Notes under the pieces: generated by a model
What the model saw: the letters and a program-made list of their open reading frames with translations, nothing else
Told to the model about the DNA's origin: nothing
The model's database searches: none
Program-made: the position numbers and the translations under genes
Shown: piece by piece, positions 41,087 through 53,937 of the stretch
How positions within the stretch are numbered: the first letter of the stretch is position 1
How the letters are laid out: every line of letters begins with the position of its first letter
Assembly (NCBI GenBank): GCA_951406725.2
Contig: OX597829.1
Location: forward strand, 52,204,001 to 52,268,000
Direction: 5' to 3'
Length of the DNA: 64,000 nucleotides
Origin: Octopus vulgaris
Taxonomy: Eukaryota

Positions 41087-42107
41087 GTAAGATATAAAAC
41101 TGCATCCACCGGGACACTGTTAGGTTTCACAACTTAAATGCTATGATTATATACATATGTATTTTTTTTTTTCAATTGTTCTGACTCTGGCTGATTTTTA
41201 TTTATTGATATTTTTGCTTTTTATTTACTTTTTAGGTGTGGTTAGATATGTGTATTTAAGTATGTGTGTGTGTGTGTGTGTTAGCTTTAAAGTGTTTTTT
41301 GTTTGTTGTTTTTCCTGACTTGGTTAATTTAGTTAAGGAATATTTTTAAGATTTGCCCTATATTTATTGCGTGTATATGTATGTGTGTGTGTACATGTAA
41401 ACACACATGTATGTGTGTGTGTTTTATAACATGAACTGCAATCACAATAATAATTCTTCTGATATTCAGATGCTCTCTCTCTCTCTCTTGAACTAAACTA
41501 TTATCATTTAGGACTAATTTTTAAACAGATAAAATAATGAAAATACAATAATGACCTTATAGCTTAGAAATTAAAAGTGGCAAAGAAAAGAAGGGGCTTT
41601 TGCACAAAGATGTCTAAACTTTTAAATTAATGTTGTAATATCAAAGGAATAAGACATATTTATTTGACATAGCATTTCTGGGGATTTAATAAATACCTGG
41701 TATTGAGGAAAAGATTGTACTTTGTTGTCAGAAATAATGTGTGCTATTACTCTTGATAAAAGCATGGAAGTATCCACTCTGGAATGCTATATTATATAAA
41801 AGCTATATTATATATAGTCAAAACTATATTATATGACTGAAACAAAGGAAAAAAATTAAGTGATTGTGATAAGAAGGAAACATGAAGAGATTAGGCAAAA
41901 GATAGCTTAGCCATTCACTTCTATGCCCTGTTTTTCTACACTGGCATAGCTTATGTAGCTTCGGTGACTGCTTATTAGAGGCATTGTTTTGTGGCTGGAT
42001 GCTTTTCTGGTCAACAAACTTTACCTGTTTTTCAATTTAGGGATGTTGATTCTCTTGTTTGCACAAAGCGCAAAGTTTCACAATATATCATTTTGTAGGT
42101 AATTTAA

Positions 42108-42309
42108 CCCTTTAATATTTAATCTGGACATATCAGGCTCAGTTATTCTATTTGCTTTATGTTCAAACTGGCCGAATCTGGCTTCACATTGTCATTCTAA
42201 AAATAAGCAATCACATCGAAATCTCAATGCTACAAGATAATGCATGATTACTTAAAATCAATGTGAATAAATAAGCATTACATTTGATAATAATCTTAAT
42301 GCTAAGGGG
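42108..42309. mobile_element. piggyBac-type MITE (TTAA-CCCTTT...GGGG-TTAA)
   Basis: TTAA flanks and CCC/GGG termini; family copies at about 31970-32135, 50100-50480, 60570-60784 and 63610-63832. Confidence 0.7.
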
Positions 42310-43861
42310 TTAAGTGTGACATCGTTTTGTTCAAAATATGTCATGCAGATGCGCATATATGATGGGCTTAATCTAATTTTCAATTACCAGTTCCACTCAC
42401 AGTGTATTGTTTAATCTAAGGGTACAGTAGAGAATATTACCCAAGGTGCCACACAGATAGAATCTGAAACCATATCCTCACAACCATTCACACGCTTAAG
42501 TAATATAATTACGGTTATAAAGTCGGTAAAGATTTTAGGATTGTCCAAGTAGTTATCTTGATTGAAATTTTCAATAATAGTTTTATCCTGCAACCACACT
42601 ATTCTACTATTAGCATTGTTGTATTGGAATTAATGCAATTTGTTATATCCTCTCCACCTGCAGAAACACTCATTTGTCTGACTGAAAGCAAATTATTAAT
42701 GCATAATGCAAGGGCAATGCATCATCATCATCATCGTTTAACGTCCTCCTTTCATGATGGCATGGGTTGGACAGTTTGAGGGGAACTGACCAGTCAGAAG
42801 ACTGCACCACACTTCTGTGACTGTTTTGGCCTGGTTTTTACGGCTGGATGCTCTTCCTAACACCAACCACCTCACAGTGTGGACTGAGTGCTTTTTACTT
42901 GGCACCAGCACAGGCAAGGCCAGTTTTGGCATGGTTTTTACAGCTGGATGCCTTTCCAAATGTCAAACACTTTACAGTGTGGACTGGATACTTTTAATGT
43001 GACACCATGTAGTAACGGGTAAAATTATAGAAAACTTACTAATTAATTAAATAATGAAGTTGAGAGAGAGAGAGAGAGATACAGGATACATTTTAGAAAG
43101 ATACCACGTGTTGTTTTACAATGACTTAGAATTACAGGCCTTTTTTTGTGTGTGTTTGTGTGAGAATTGGCAAAAAGCAACTTTAGATTTGTTGACCAAA
43201 AGAAATCCTAATAAGATCCTGTATTTAGTAGTTTAGCAGATTGAATGAATAGTTTATGAGAAGTTGAGTATAATCTAAGGAGTTGTAGTAGAGTCTGGCT
43301 TTAAAATGTGATGCTTTTCAAATGCTTTGATGTTGACTCAAGAAAAATGTAAAGTATTGCATACACTTCCAGTCTGTACCAACAAAAGAAAAGTAGATAT
43401 TAATTTGAATAAAAGCAATCATAATAATACCAAAGGTTTATAAAAGTATTGATTCAAGATGCATGACAAAATATTAATCATGGTATTTCAATTCTTATTT
43501 TAATATGTCTAACAGAAACAGAATTGCTTAAATCTAAATATTAACACTTTTATTCACTTTTATTCACTTATCTCTGTTGAAATTCACTGACTTCATTTTA
43601 ATTTATTTTGAAAGTAATGAAGAATTTAGTAAAGTAAATCTATCATTATTAAGCTGGTGTTTGGAACATAAATTAACATGGAATTTTGATGGAAGGGTTT
43701 AGTTCAGATCACTCTGAAACAAAAATTTTTTATCATAGAACCAGGAGTGATCTCAGGCAGGCTGGAATCAAAAGAGTTAAAGACCAATATATAGCTGTTT
43801 TATTTGTGGAATGGTTGTAAGGAATATCCTCTCTCACTGGATGTGTGTGTGTGTATGTATG

Positions 43862-43907
<46 letters not shown>

Positions 43908-44100
43908 ACACACATACATACACATGCTTCTCTCAGACTATTCTTTCCCTTATAAAGAATTATGCTCGAAATGTCATGCCCCCTTTTTTATCCATCTTAA
44001 ACTGCGCGCCAACCTAATACATTCACTGTGTACGTCTTTTTGAATTTTATTCTTTTTTATTTTTTATTTGGCTATATACACACACACACACAAACACATA

Positions 44101-44964
44101 CAGGGTGCAGTGAATAAATTGTCGTCTAAATTATGCAAAATTGAAAATAACACTGACATCTCATTTTTACAGATATAATTTATCAAAATTACATAAAAAT
44201 ATCTTGAAATACTAAAGAGTAGATTTATTCAATAAAATCGCCATTGGCTTCAACCACAGCCTCCAGGTGACTTCAGAATCTCCTGCAACACTTCTGGACG
44301 GTCTCCTTGTTTAAGTTTATGATTGCTGCCATAATCCTTGCCTTTGGTTCATCTTTGGTGTTACAAGGAGTTTTGTTGGTCTCTTGCTCAACTGTGCCCC
44401 ATGCATAATAATGAAGGTGTTTGCAGTCTGGGGAGATAGGTGGTCAGATGTTAGGGGTGATGTGGTCACAGCTATGACTTTGTTCTCTTGCTTGTTGTGG
44501 CATGGTGCAGAGTCCTGTTGCCAGACATAGGGCCTTCCAGCAGCCACCCTCTTGATCCAGAGTAACACTACCTCGTTCATGCCCTTGATGCAGGCCTCCG
44601 TCTTGAGTCTGAGGCCATGTGGGAAGGTGAACGGAGGCATAACATCCCCATCACTAGTGATCACTCCAAACATCATGGTGTTGACTGGATGTTTGATTTT
44701 TTATCACTCTCGGTACGTGTCTTCAGATTGACACCAAAACACTCTGAAGTGTTCATATTGGAGCTTCCGGTGCAAATGCCAAAAAGTACAACATGTCATT
44801 TCCAAATTTCTGGCAGAGTGAATTGTGCCATGGTGCTGCTTTTCTTACAGACAGTGCTCAGCTGACCCTACCATACTGTGTAGCCAACAAAATCAAAAGC
44901 AAATAATGCACTTGCACGAAATTAAAAATATAAAATGGCGTCAATTTACCCATTGCACCCTCTG
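44101..44964 (-). mobile_element. Internally deleted maT/Tc1-mariner transposon
   Basis: TIRs CAGGGTGCAGTGAATAAATTG / CAATTTACCCATTGCACCCT; minus ORF FGVITSDGDVMPPF...VWQQDSAPCH. Confidence 0.85.
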
Positions 44965-45639
44965 TGTGTATGTATATATATACACACACACACACACATA
45001 CCCATACACAATTTTCTATCAAAATTTCCTTGTATGTATTTTTTAACAAATTTTGGCTTTCTATTACATTTCTATCATCACCACTTGCTTTCCTTTTTCT
45101 CTTCTTCAGACATATTCAGACATTTGTTCTCATTCCTCGTGGGGGGGGGGGGTCAAAAATTTGTATTCTTTTTTTCATCATTTTCATATAAACTACAAAA
45201 TTCTATTAACAAAATATATACATGTTATAGGATTTTTAAAAAAGTTTTCAATAATTTATGTTTTTAATTCTTGTTCAGAATCATCTTATTGTACATACAT
45301 TTTCATACACACACACATACACAGTGAGTTTTCTGCTGTTTATCTGTCTATCCAAATCCATCATAAGGTACTTGTTGACCCAGAGCTACAGTAAAAGACA
45401 TTTACTCAAATGTGGTTGTGGTGCAAGTAAATTTGCTTATTTATGTAATGGGTCTTTGTGAACGTAAACAGTGTGAATTCATAACCTGATTTCTATTGTT
45501 ATTCGGTCAAAGACACCCTTGGTTGATCATCAGTTCTTTGTTTATCCAGAACTACACCATATGTTGGTGGCTACTTTTAGCAGACCTTATAGAGGCCCTT
45601 TTGCCCGTCTCTATGACTTTCTGTTCAGGTTTTTGCCCT

Positions 45640-46200
45640 ATGCTTGTGTCATAGGAAAGGTACACACATCTCAAAAATTGTTGAGAAAGCCGAGAGTGTC
45701 TTAGCGTCACTCAGTAAGACCTTTGTCAGCCACTCTCCAGCCATCTATTTAAAGCTGTATATGATTGTGGTATGTCCACGCTTAAAATTTGCATCACCAG
45801 TCTGGAACCCCTATTTTGCTTAGCTTATCAATCTCCTGGAAACTGTTGAGAAATGTGCAACAAGACGAATGCCTGTCATCAGGCATCTACCATATTCTGA
45901 ATGCCTTGCTTCTCTGCACAATGGATGCATTAAAGCTCTGACATCTGGCAACTAACTTGGTAGACACCCACAAGGTTATCCAATAACAACCTTAGGCACC
46001 TTTTTGAATTCCATGTATAATACATGTGGACATGCTTACAAAATCCAAAAGTTGCACCCATGACTTTCGAACACATTTTCTCATGCTCTGAATTGCTGAA
46101 TAAACTACCCACATCATCCGTTAGCTGTCGGGACACTACATCCTTCAAAACTGCCATGCTTCCTGATGTTTGCCAACAATACACCTGATGCCCCCCACTC
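45640..46200 (+). mobile_element. Decayed CR1-like LINE 3' fragment
   Basis: Broken frames giving CP.LKFASPVWNPY...VEKCATRR.P.IRHLPY.E, a typical CR1 RT C-terminus. Confidence 0.65.
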
Positions 46201-46510
46201 ACCCACCTCCCTCCTTTTTTGTTATTGGCTCATTCACTGTTCACTTCCTGTGCATTAATTTATGTACTGTTCATGCACTTTTGGCCACATTTTTTCTTTT
46301 TCCGATGAGTTGTAGTGCACCTGAGCACTGCATATGTTCATTATATTATATCAATTGTGCTCTTCTCTGTATAATTTAACCCTTTTATCACATTTCTATT
46401 GAAAACTCATTATTAAGCTGGGGTTTGGAACAAAAGTGAGCATGAAATTTTAATGGAAGCTTTATTTAGATATCTGCATATCTAAGTGTGTGTGCGTATA
46501 TATACACATA

Positions 46511-47661
46511 CAGGGTCTTGCAGATAAATTGAGACAGTTTTTACAATGCATAAAACTAAATAATGGTAGTAGACAGGATATAAATTTAATGTAACATTTA
46601 TTACAACAAAAACATTTATCACACTATACAGCCGTCCTTTTGGGCAATTACTGCCTCCACGTGAGAACAAAATTTTTTTGCAGTTGCTGCAACCTCCACC
46701 TTTTCGATTTTGCATGTTGCATGCATGATGCAGATCTTCAAACTGTTGAGATTTGAGTGTGGTGAAGCATTGGTCCTTGCTTTAAGTACGTCCCGTGAAA
46801 AGTTATCGAGAAGGCTTAAATCTGGGCTATTACTAGGCCAGATGTTGGCCCTCACGAAAAATGACACCTTCTCACCAAAGAAGGCTTGTGTTATTTTTGA
46901 CCCATGGCATGGTGCAGAATCCTGGATAAGCACCCCATTGTCAAGCCCAAACTTCTGTTCAATCTGAGGTAACAGAGAGTTCTTCAGGATGTCCAGATAC
47001 TCCTTTGTGCCAATCTTGAAACCAGACTGAATGAAGTGTAAATCCATGACACTTCCATCACTCACCACAGCTCCAAATACAATCACTGAGGCAGGATTTT
47101 TAGTCTCAAACACAGCGGGGTGTCAGAAGGATTTCTGCTATACACCTCAGTGTCCATGGTGAACTTCTCATCCTCAAACATGAGAGTTTTTCCTGCTCTT
47201 TGATGCTCGATGAATGACAGAAGCTTTGGGCATCTTTCGGCTGATTGCTTTGGCTTTAGTTGTTAGGAGTTGACCACATCATCAAATATAGCTAGTCATG
47301 CTAAGGTTCTTGTTCACAGCTCTGGACACTGTGGAAAGGGACACATTGTGTAGATTCAATCGAGCGTTTGAGGCCAGCAAGAAACTTTGGATTGCGCCTG
47401 CTTTCTTTTCTGTCAATCTTTCCTCTCTTTTTTATATACACAATAAACTGTTGCTTTTGAAAGTTTCAGCAACTTAACTATTTTATTGGCAGTGTGCCTG
47501 GCTCATGCCAAAACAACAATGGGGGAATGATCCTGTTGTTCCATGACTTTCTGTTGTCAAATCAGTTGGCTATTTACCTGAAAAATAAAAAGGAGGATTA
47601 GATTTTCAAGCAAGCAGGCTCAACTACTTAAAATTGGTCTCAATTTATCTGCAAGACCCTA
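46511..47661 (-). mobile_element. DD37D (maT) Tc1/mariner transposon with pseudogenised transposase
   Basis: TIR CAGGGTCTTGCAGATAAATTGAGAC after TA; MFEDEKFT...IQDSAPCH...WPSNSPDLSLLD, 37 residues between the 2nd and 3rd Asp; frameshifts upstream. Confidence 0.92.
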
Positions 47662-47800
47662 TGTATATATATCTATATGCATATGTATAAGTGTGTGTAT
47701 TATATATATATATATATATGTGCATATCTTTAAGTGTGTGTGTGTGTGTTATCTCTACAGAGTTTCTATAGAAAGTCTGTAGAGATAATACACACACACA

Positions 47801-48125
47801 CACTGAAAGTTACGTTTCAAATCTGAATACATCTATGTAAACAATGTAATCAGAGATAGAAAAATAGTTGATGAGTGTATATACATATTTCAGGAGTTCT
47901 TGTTCTTTCTTCAGTACCACATCCAACCCATTAACCATCCACAAACACTGCTAAATTTAGTGGCTATTTAAGCCAGTGTGTTCATGGATGGTGAATGAGT
48001 TGGACATGGTGTTGAAGAGAGTGTAATGATTCCTGAAATATGCATATAAACCCATCAACTATTTTTCTACCTTTATTTGCATTGTTTACATAGACATATT
48101 CAGATATAAAATGTAACTTTCAATG
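47801..48125. mobile_element. Degenerate fold-back palindrome (about 160-bp arms) with an HHR motif in each arm
   Basis: Arms align as reverse complements; left-arm minus strand UGUGGUA-CUGAAGA-...CUCCU-GAAA-UAUG-UA-UAUACA. Confidence 0.75.
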
Positions 48126-48648
48126 CAGGCTCTGGTTTCTACAGAGAACCTGTAGAGATAATTTTAAAAAGTGACTGAATTGCACTGCTAACACAGGTGG
48201 GACACAGCATTGACATATCAACCTTTAATTTAATTAGTGGTATATTTTGGTTGCATAACAAAATACAGTGTCTCTGCCAGAAATGTATGTTTATGCATAT
48301 ATGCGTATCATCATTTAACATCCGCTTTCCATGCTGGCATGGGTTGGACAGTTTGACTGAGGGCTGGCAAACCAGATGGCTGCACCAGGCTCCAATCTTG
48401 ATCTAGCTGGAGTTTCTACAGCTGGATGCCTTTCCCAACACCAACCACTCCGAGAGTGTAGTGGATGCTTTTACATGCCGCCGGCATGGGGGCCAGTCAG
48501 GCAGTACTGGCAAAAACCTTGCTCGAATCTTTTTACACATGCCACCGGCACAGGTCATATGTATGTGTATATGTGCGTATGTATATATATATATATATAT
48601 ATATATGATAATGATACATACACACACACCTATATATATATATTTATA

Positions 48649-48906
48649 CAGGTGTGGCCAAAAGTTTGCAAAATTAAAAAAAAACATTTTAATTGTTATG
48701 CCCATGTACAATTCAATTCAAATATATAGAACATAGAGATATTCTTACCCAATAACTGATCGCATGGTTCAATATCCTCTAATTGAACCATTGTATCAGT
48801 TATTAGGTAATCATATCTGTGTTGTGTATATTTGAATCAAATTGTACTTGGGCATAACAATTAAAATTTTTTTTTTTTTAATGTTCCAAGCTTTTAGCCA
48901 CAACTG
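48649..48906. mobile_element. Tc1-like palindromic MITE
   Basis: TA|CAGGTGTGGCCAAAAGTTTG ... AAGCTTTTAGCCACAACTG; the element is an imperfect hairpin along its whole length. Confidence 0.85.
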
Positions 48907-49402
48907 TTCGTATAAAAATATTTTATATGATTATTCAGTATTTTTTTTTTGGGGGGGGGGGGTTGAATAAATTTTCAAGACCACTTGTTTACTATCTTCT
49001 TGGGGTCCATCAAACCAGGTGAACAATGGCCATGCTGGAAAGTTGCCATCCACTTTTATCTGTACTAAACATGAAAAGTACACATGAAAATATTTTAATT
49101 ACTATTGATGTATTTTATAACTTTTTTTAAATCTTATTCAGCAATTGCATATTGATCATCTGAAAGATATTGATCATTGTGTCTCCCATTTAACTGACGC
49201 TTAAGCGAAAATGTGCATAAGATTTGTCGAGCAGCTGGTTGGAGTAAATATATTTTATTAAAAACAAGAAAATAAAATCAATTGTAATAAGTTTAGCTAG
49301 CAGTTCTTCATAACATGCATTTGCTGATATTTCAGAAATCAACTGAAATTGGTTTTGCATGAGCATGCATTTCTAAACCTTTTGTCCTTTTGTACAACTG
49401 TG

Positions 49403-49451
<49 letters not shown>

Positions 49452-49452
<1 letters not shown>

Positions 49453-49740
49453 GAAAGAAGGTTTGAAAATGCAATTTAAAAGATGTTTATTTACTTTACC
49501 GGTTTCACTCTTTGGAAAAAGATTGTCAAAAGTAACATGTAGAAGTTTGGTTGCGTTAATTATTGGTTGTTGCAAATTGCTACATTACATATATACAGTC
49601 TTTGGTGACAGGGACATGGCAACAACCAATGATTAACGCAACCAAACTTCTACATGTTACTTTTGACAATCTTTTTCCAAAGAGTGAAACCGGTAAAGTA
49701 AATAAGCATCTTTTAAATTGCATTTTCAAACCTTCTTTCG
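49452..49740. mobile_element. Near-perfect fold-back (122-bp arms, 45-bp spacer) at a (TA)n tract, with an HHR-like motif in each arm
   Basis: 49452-49573 vs 49619-49740, two mismatches seen; UUACUU-UUGACAA-UCUUU(UUCC)AAAGA-GU-GAAA-CCGG-UA-AAGUAA. Confidence 0.85.
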
Positions 49741-50967
49741 TATATAATTCCACTCGTGCAGTACCCCACAACTCCACTTTGTTATATATATATATATATT
49801 GATGTGTGTAGAAAGATGAATTTCTGATAAGGTTTTCAGTTTTTCCCAAGCTGTGTTTGGTGTTTGTAGTAGTTATAACTTATTAGTAATTTAACTGTTT
49901 GGATTGAGTTCTTTGACACTACTTTCTGTGAAGACCATTTAATTAGCACGCTGGTGGTTTGAAAAAAAAAATACTATATGATTAATGAAATTTAACAACT
50001 GTGCATTATGTTCATAAAGAAATATAAGGTTTATATATTTATTTATCGTAATATCAAAATATTATGAGACATTTTGGTGCCAAGTAGAGAATGAACAGGC
50101 ATTTAAACTGCCTATATCCAACCAAAATATTCTGCCTGTTCTATGTTCAAAGTGACCAGTTGTAGCCTCTCATACCTACCCTACAATCTAATTCTAAATA
50201 TATACAATCACATCATTAAAAATTTGAAGCTACCAGATGATATAGGATTGATTCAAAACAATGTAAATAAATTGACAGTAATCTGAACGCTAGAGATTTA
50301 ACCTCCCATATGAGGCCTGAATATTTTAGTTCTTGCATTTTCAAATCAATCATATCTGGCCTCTCATACCTACCCTACAATGTCATTCTAAAAAATAATT
50401 ACATCATTGAAATCTCTCAGCCACTAGATAATGCATGATTAATTCAAAAACAATGTGAAGAAATAAGGATTACATTTGGCAGAGTAAAAAGGGACAGCAC
50501 CTAGAAAGTGATGATGATACTTCCATGCCAGAGACTTACATCTCTTTCTCAACCTGAACAGAAAAGGACTTTGGCCATGTACAAGAAACTGGTGATCACT
50601 GAGTTGTAGTAGTTGGTAGCTAGATCCACTGGCACTGTGTACCTTTTTCGTTCCCTGTATCAAATATAAATCTGCCATGCCTGTCCTGTTGTCAGAAAGA
50701 GAAATGAGAAGGTTAAATATAGGTGCATGCTGCAAAACATTACCTTTGATTATCTTCCATTTATGGTCTGTTGAAGTTTACACACACACACACACACATG
50801 TATGTATTTCTGAAAGCTTTTGATGTAAAAACATTAGGTAAATAATATTATACATCTTGTCAGATTTAATGTTGTTATGAAATTCTATATCTGTCTATCT
50901 TTAAGCTTTAGACAGAGCATTTAATTCAGTTTTATTTGTGTTTTAGACAGTAATGTTGTAGGTCAAG

Positions 50968-51355
50968 GATAGGAGTGGCTGTGTGGTAAGTAGCTTGCTA
51001 ACCAACCACATGGTTCCGGGTTCAGTCCCACTGCGTGGCATCTTGGGCAAGTGTCTTCTGCTATAGCCCCAGGCCGACCAATGCCTTGTGAGTGGATTTG
51101 GTAGACGGAAACTGAAAGAAGCCTGTCGTATATATGTATATATATGTGTGTATGTGTGTTTGCCCCCCTAGCATTGCTTGACAACTGATGCTGGTGTGTT
51201 TACGTCCCTGTCACTTAGCGGTTCAGCAAAAGAGACCGATAGAATAAGTACTAGGCTTACAAAGAATAAGTCCTGGGGTCGATTTGCTCGACTAAAGGCG
51301 GTGCTCCAGCATGGCCACAGTCAAATGACAAACAAGTAAAAGAGTATAAAGAAAG
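50968..51355 (+). mobile_element. tRNA-derived SINE, same family as 11045
   Basis: Full-length similarity to 11065-11468. Confidence 0.85.
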
Positions 51356-51356
51356 T

Positions 51357-51918
51357 AATACTGGCACTCTGTCAGTTATGACAACGAGGGTTCCAGTTCA
51401 CCTGATCAACAGAACAACCTGCTTTTCCAATTACATTACTGAAAGTGTCATTTCTCGGGACATGAAACTGTCTTTTTTTTAAATTTTTTTCATACAAATC
51501 TTCTCAGTTTTTTTATATTGAAATATTGAAAATAAAATCATCCATCATGATGTTATGCAAGGACCTGCTAAATAGTGTTCTAAAAACAAGCTAAATAGAA
51601 AGAAAACTACTTGTCTAAAGTCATCTAAATTTTTTATTATTTTTCTCAAATTAAACTAAACACAGGCAGTGTTTTTATTTGGAAACCTGGTTACAAAAGA
51701 GTTAACACCTACACTACCCATTATTAGTGAAGTCCATTCAGCAGGCAAAAATGATTTCCACCTGTAATTCAGTGTCACACTGAATCTCCCTGAAAACTAC
51801 GTTGAGGGTATTCGTGTCTATGGAGTGCTCAGCCACTTTCATGTTAATTTCACGAGCAGGTTGTTCTGTTGATCAGGTCAACTGGAACCCTCATTGTCGT
51901 CACTGACAGAGCGCCAGT
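51357..51918. mobile_element. Two oppositely oriented fragments of the 31487 SINE family
   Basis: CTGGCACTCTGTCAGTTATGACAACGAGGGTTCCAG (51361) vs CTGGAACCCTCATTGTCGTCACTGACAGAGCGCCAG (about 51882-51917). Confidence 0.7.
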
Positions 51919-53937
51919 ATATAAGAAGACTATCATACAACAGTATCCTTGACCTACAACATTACTGTCTAAAACACAAGTAAAACTGAGAAGTTTTATT
52001 TGAAGTCAAACTGGTCGGTTAAGCTTATAACCTTAAGGAATATAAGAGAAATTTAAAAAAGGATTTGGTTTTGTTTTTTTTAACTGTGTATTGATCTTAC
52101 TGAGTGTGTAATGTGAATCCGAACAAACAAGCTGAAGTAGGTTGAAGATTTGTGTTCTGAGCTAAGATTTATAATACTTGTGAAATATTAGGGCAGCTGA
52201 TAAGAGAATATTCTGTAATGAAATTCAATCCATGTAACTGGAAAAAAAGCAAAATTTGCTGATAACGTTAGCATTTTAGGATTTATTATTATATCAATTT
52301 ATCTTGTCTCGACTTACTTAGGTTTGCCTTTTAAAAAATCTTTTTGCTCTATTTCAAGAACTGATTCTTTAATCTGGATAGTAATAATTTTTAATGTGGA
52401 CACACGGTCAAACTATTCAAAGGGGCAGTTACTTGATTGCAGTGGCAGCTCATAGATAAAATTAGTTGGGGTGCTGCTTCAGAAAATTTTTAGCCCTTGT
52501 TTTAATATTGTGTAAAAGGAAAGAAACATATAAAAAGAAAATTTATATATAAACTTGATCGGTTCACGTTTTAGCCACTGCCAGGTAGTGTGTTTAATTT
52601 GTTCACTGAACACTGCTGCGAATTCCCCCTTGTTTTTCAAAAATAGCCCCTAGATCACAAAATAAGGGGTGAGGGAATGTGCCCTATTTTTCAAATTCTG
52701 GCAGCAACACTGAAGCTGGAAGCAGGACAATAATTTAATTCTACACTTTATCCCATTCAAGAATATAAACACGTTTTAAGCACGACACACACACACAGTC
52801 AAAAAGAAACACTACCTTTCACCCGGCACTGTCGTTCATGCAGTGCTCCCTCTCTCTAGTGTGAAGCTTCCTATCTCAGATGTGAGCATGTACACAGTCA
52901 AAGACTGTGTTGCTGGAACTGTTAAGTGCACAATTCTATACAAGGATTTTTGTGGGTTTTTTTCATAAACTAGGGGAGGGCTACTGACATTAAGCTTATG
53001 GATTATATAATCATCATCATCATAATGTACAAGTATAAAGAAAGAATTAAAGAAAAAAAGAACTCGTTATATTGAATGTTGTCGATAAGTATTTTAATGA
53101 ATACAAGGCATCTTTCTGATGTTTTAAGGATTCTGTCAATTCTTATATGTGTGGCGGCATTCACCTGGGTTGCATTGAGCTGACTCTGACCAACAATATG
53201 TCTTGTAGTTCATGTTCAGAGTTTCAGTGTGAATACAAGTTTACATTGTGGTCCCTGATCACATGTCTACAAACTTTAGAATAGTGTGATCCATAGCAGC
53301 TCATCTTGCTGCCATGTGTCAGCCATCTCTGGGGGATTTGCTGACCAATTTACTGCCAATTATCAGAGCAGATGAAGTCTGGGTTTGAAGTGGGTCCTAG
53401 AACTATGGGGTACCTCACTCCCAGTGGTATTCTAGCATGCTGGACACCAACCTGGAATTTCTGAAGGTTCATGCTGTTGCTAGATTGTTGTCGAGCCTGC
53501 ACTAGGTTCATCTGTTTTTTGACACGTTTTACTTTTAGTCTTGTTGGGTTTCTAGCAACCTTCCTCATCAGGCTTGCCTAGTAGGAGTGCTTGTTTAAGT
53601 TGCCAATGACTAGACCATGCAACAGATTGTATTGGGTTTCATGAATTCTGCCAAATCATCACCTTTAAAAGAAAGATGATGATAATAGACTTGTAATTAT
53701 GACAGAAAATAAGCTTTAAAAATATCATCTCTGAATATGGAGCACTAAATGATGACAGTTGAATAGATAAGTCAGCTTATTAATACAAGCATTCTTCTAT
53801 TGCTGTATATTGTTTTTTACTGATAGCTTATTATTGTCATATACTTAAGACTTTTCCCCCCTCTCCCTAATTTGAAAATTCTAGATGGAGGGATGAAAAC
53901 ACTTTATTGAAGGCTGCACCAGGCCTATATTATAAGT

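Noticed and set aside
49349-49849. Identical peptides in the + and - ORFs
   Set aside because: A consequence of the inverted repeat, not a gene
53540-53580. CUGAUGA...GAAAC on the minus strand
   Set aside because: No convincing stem I, II or III; the region looks more like a decayed LINE 5' end
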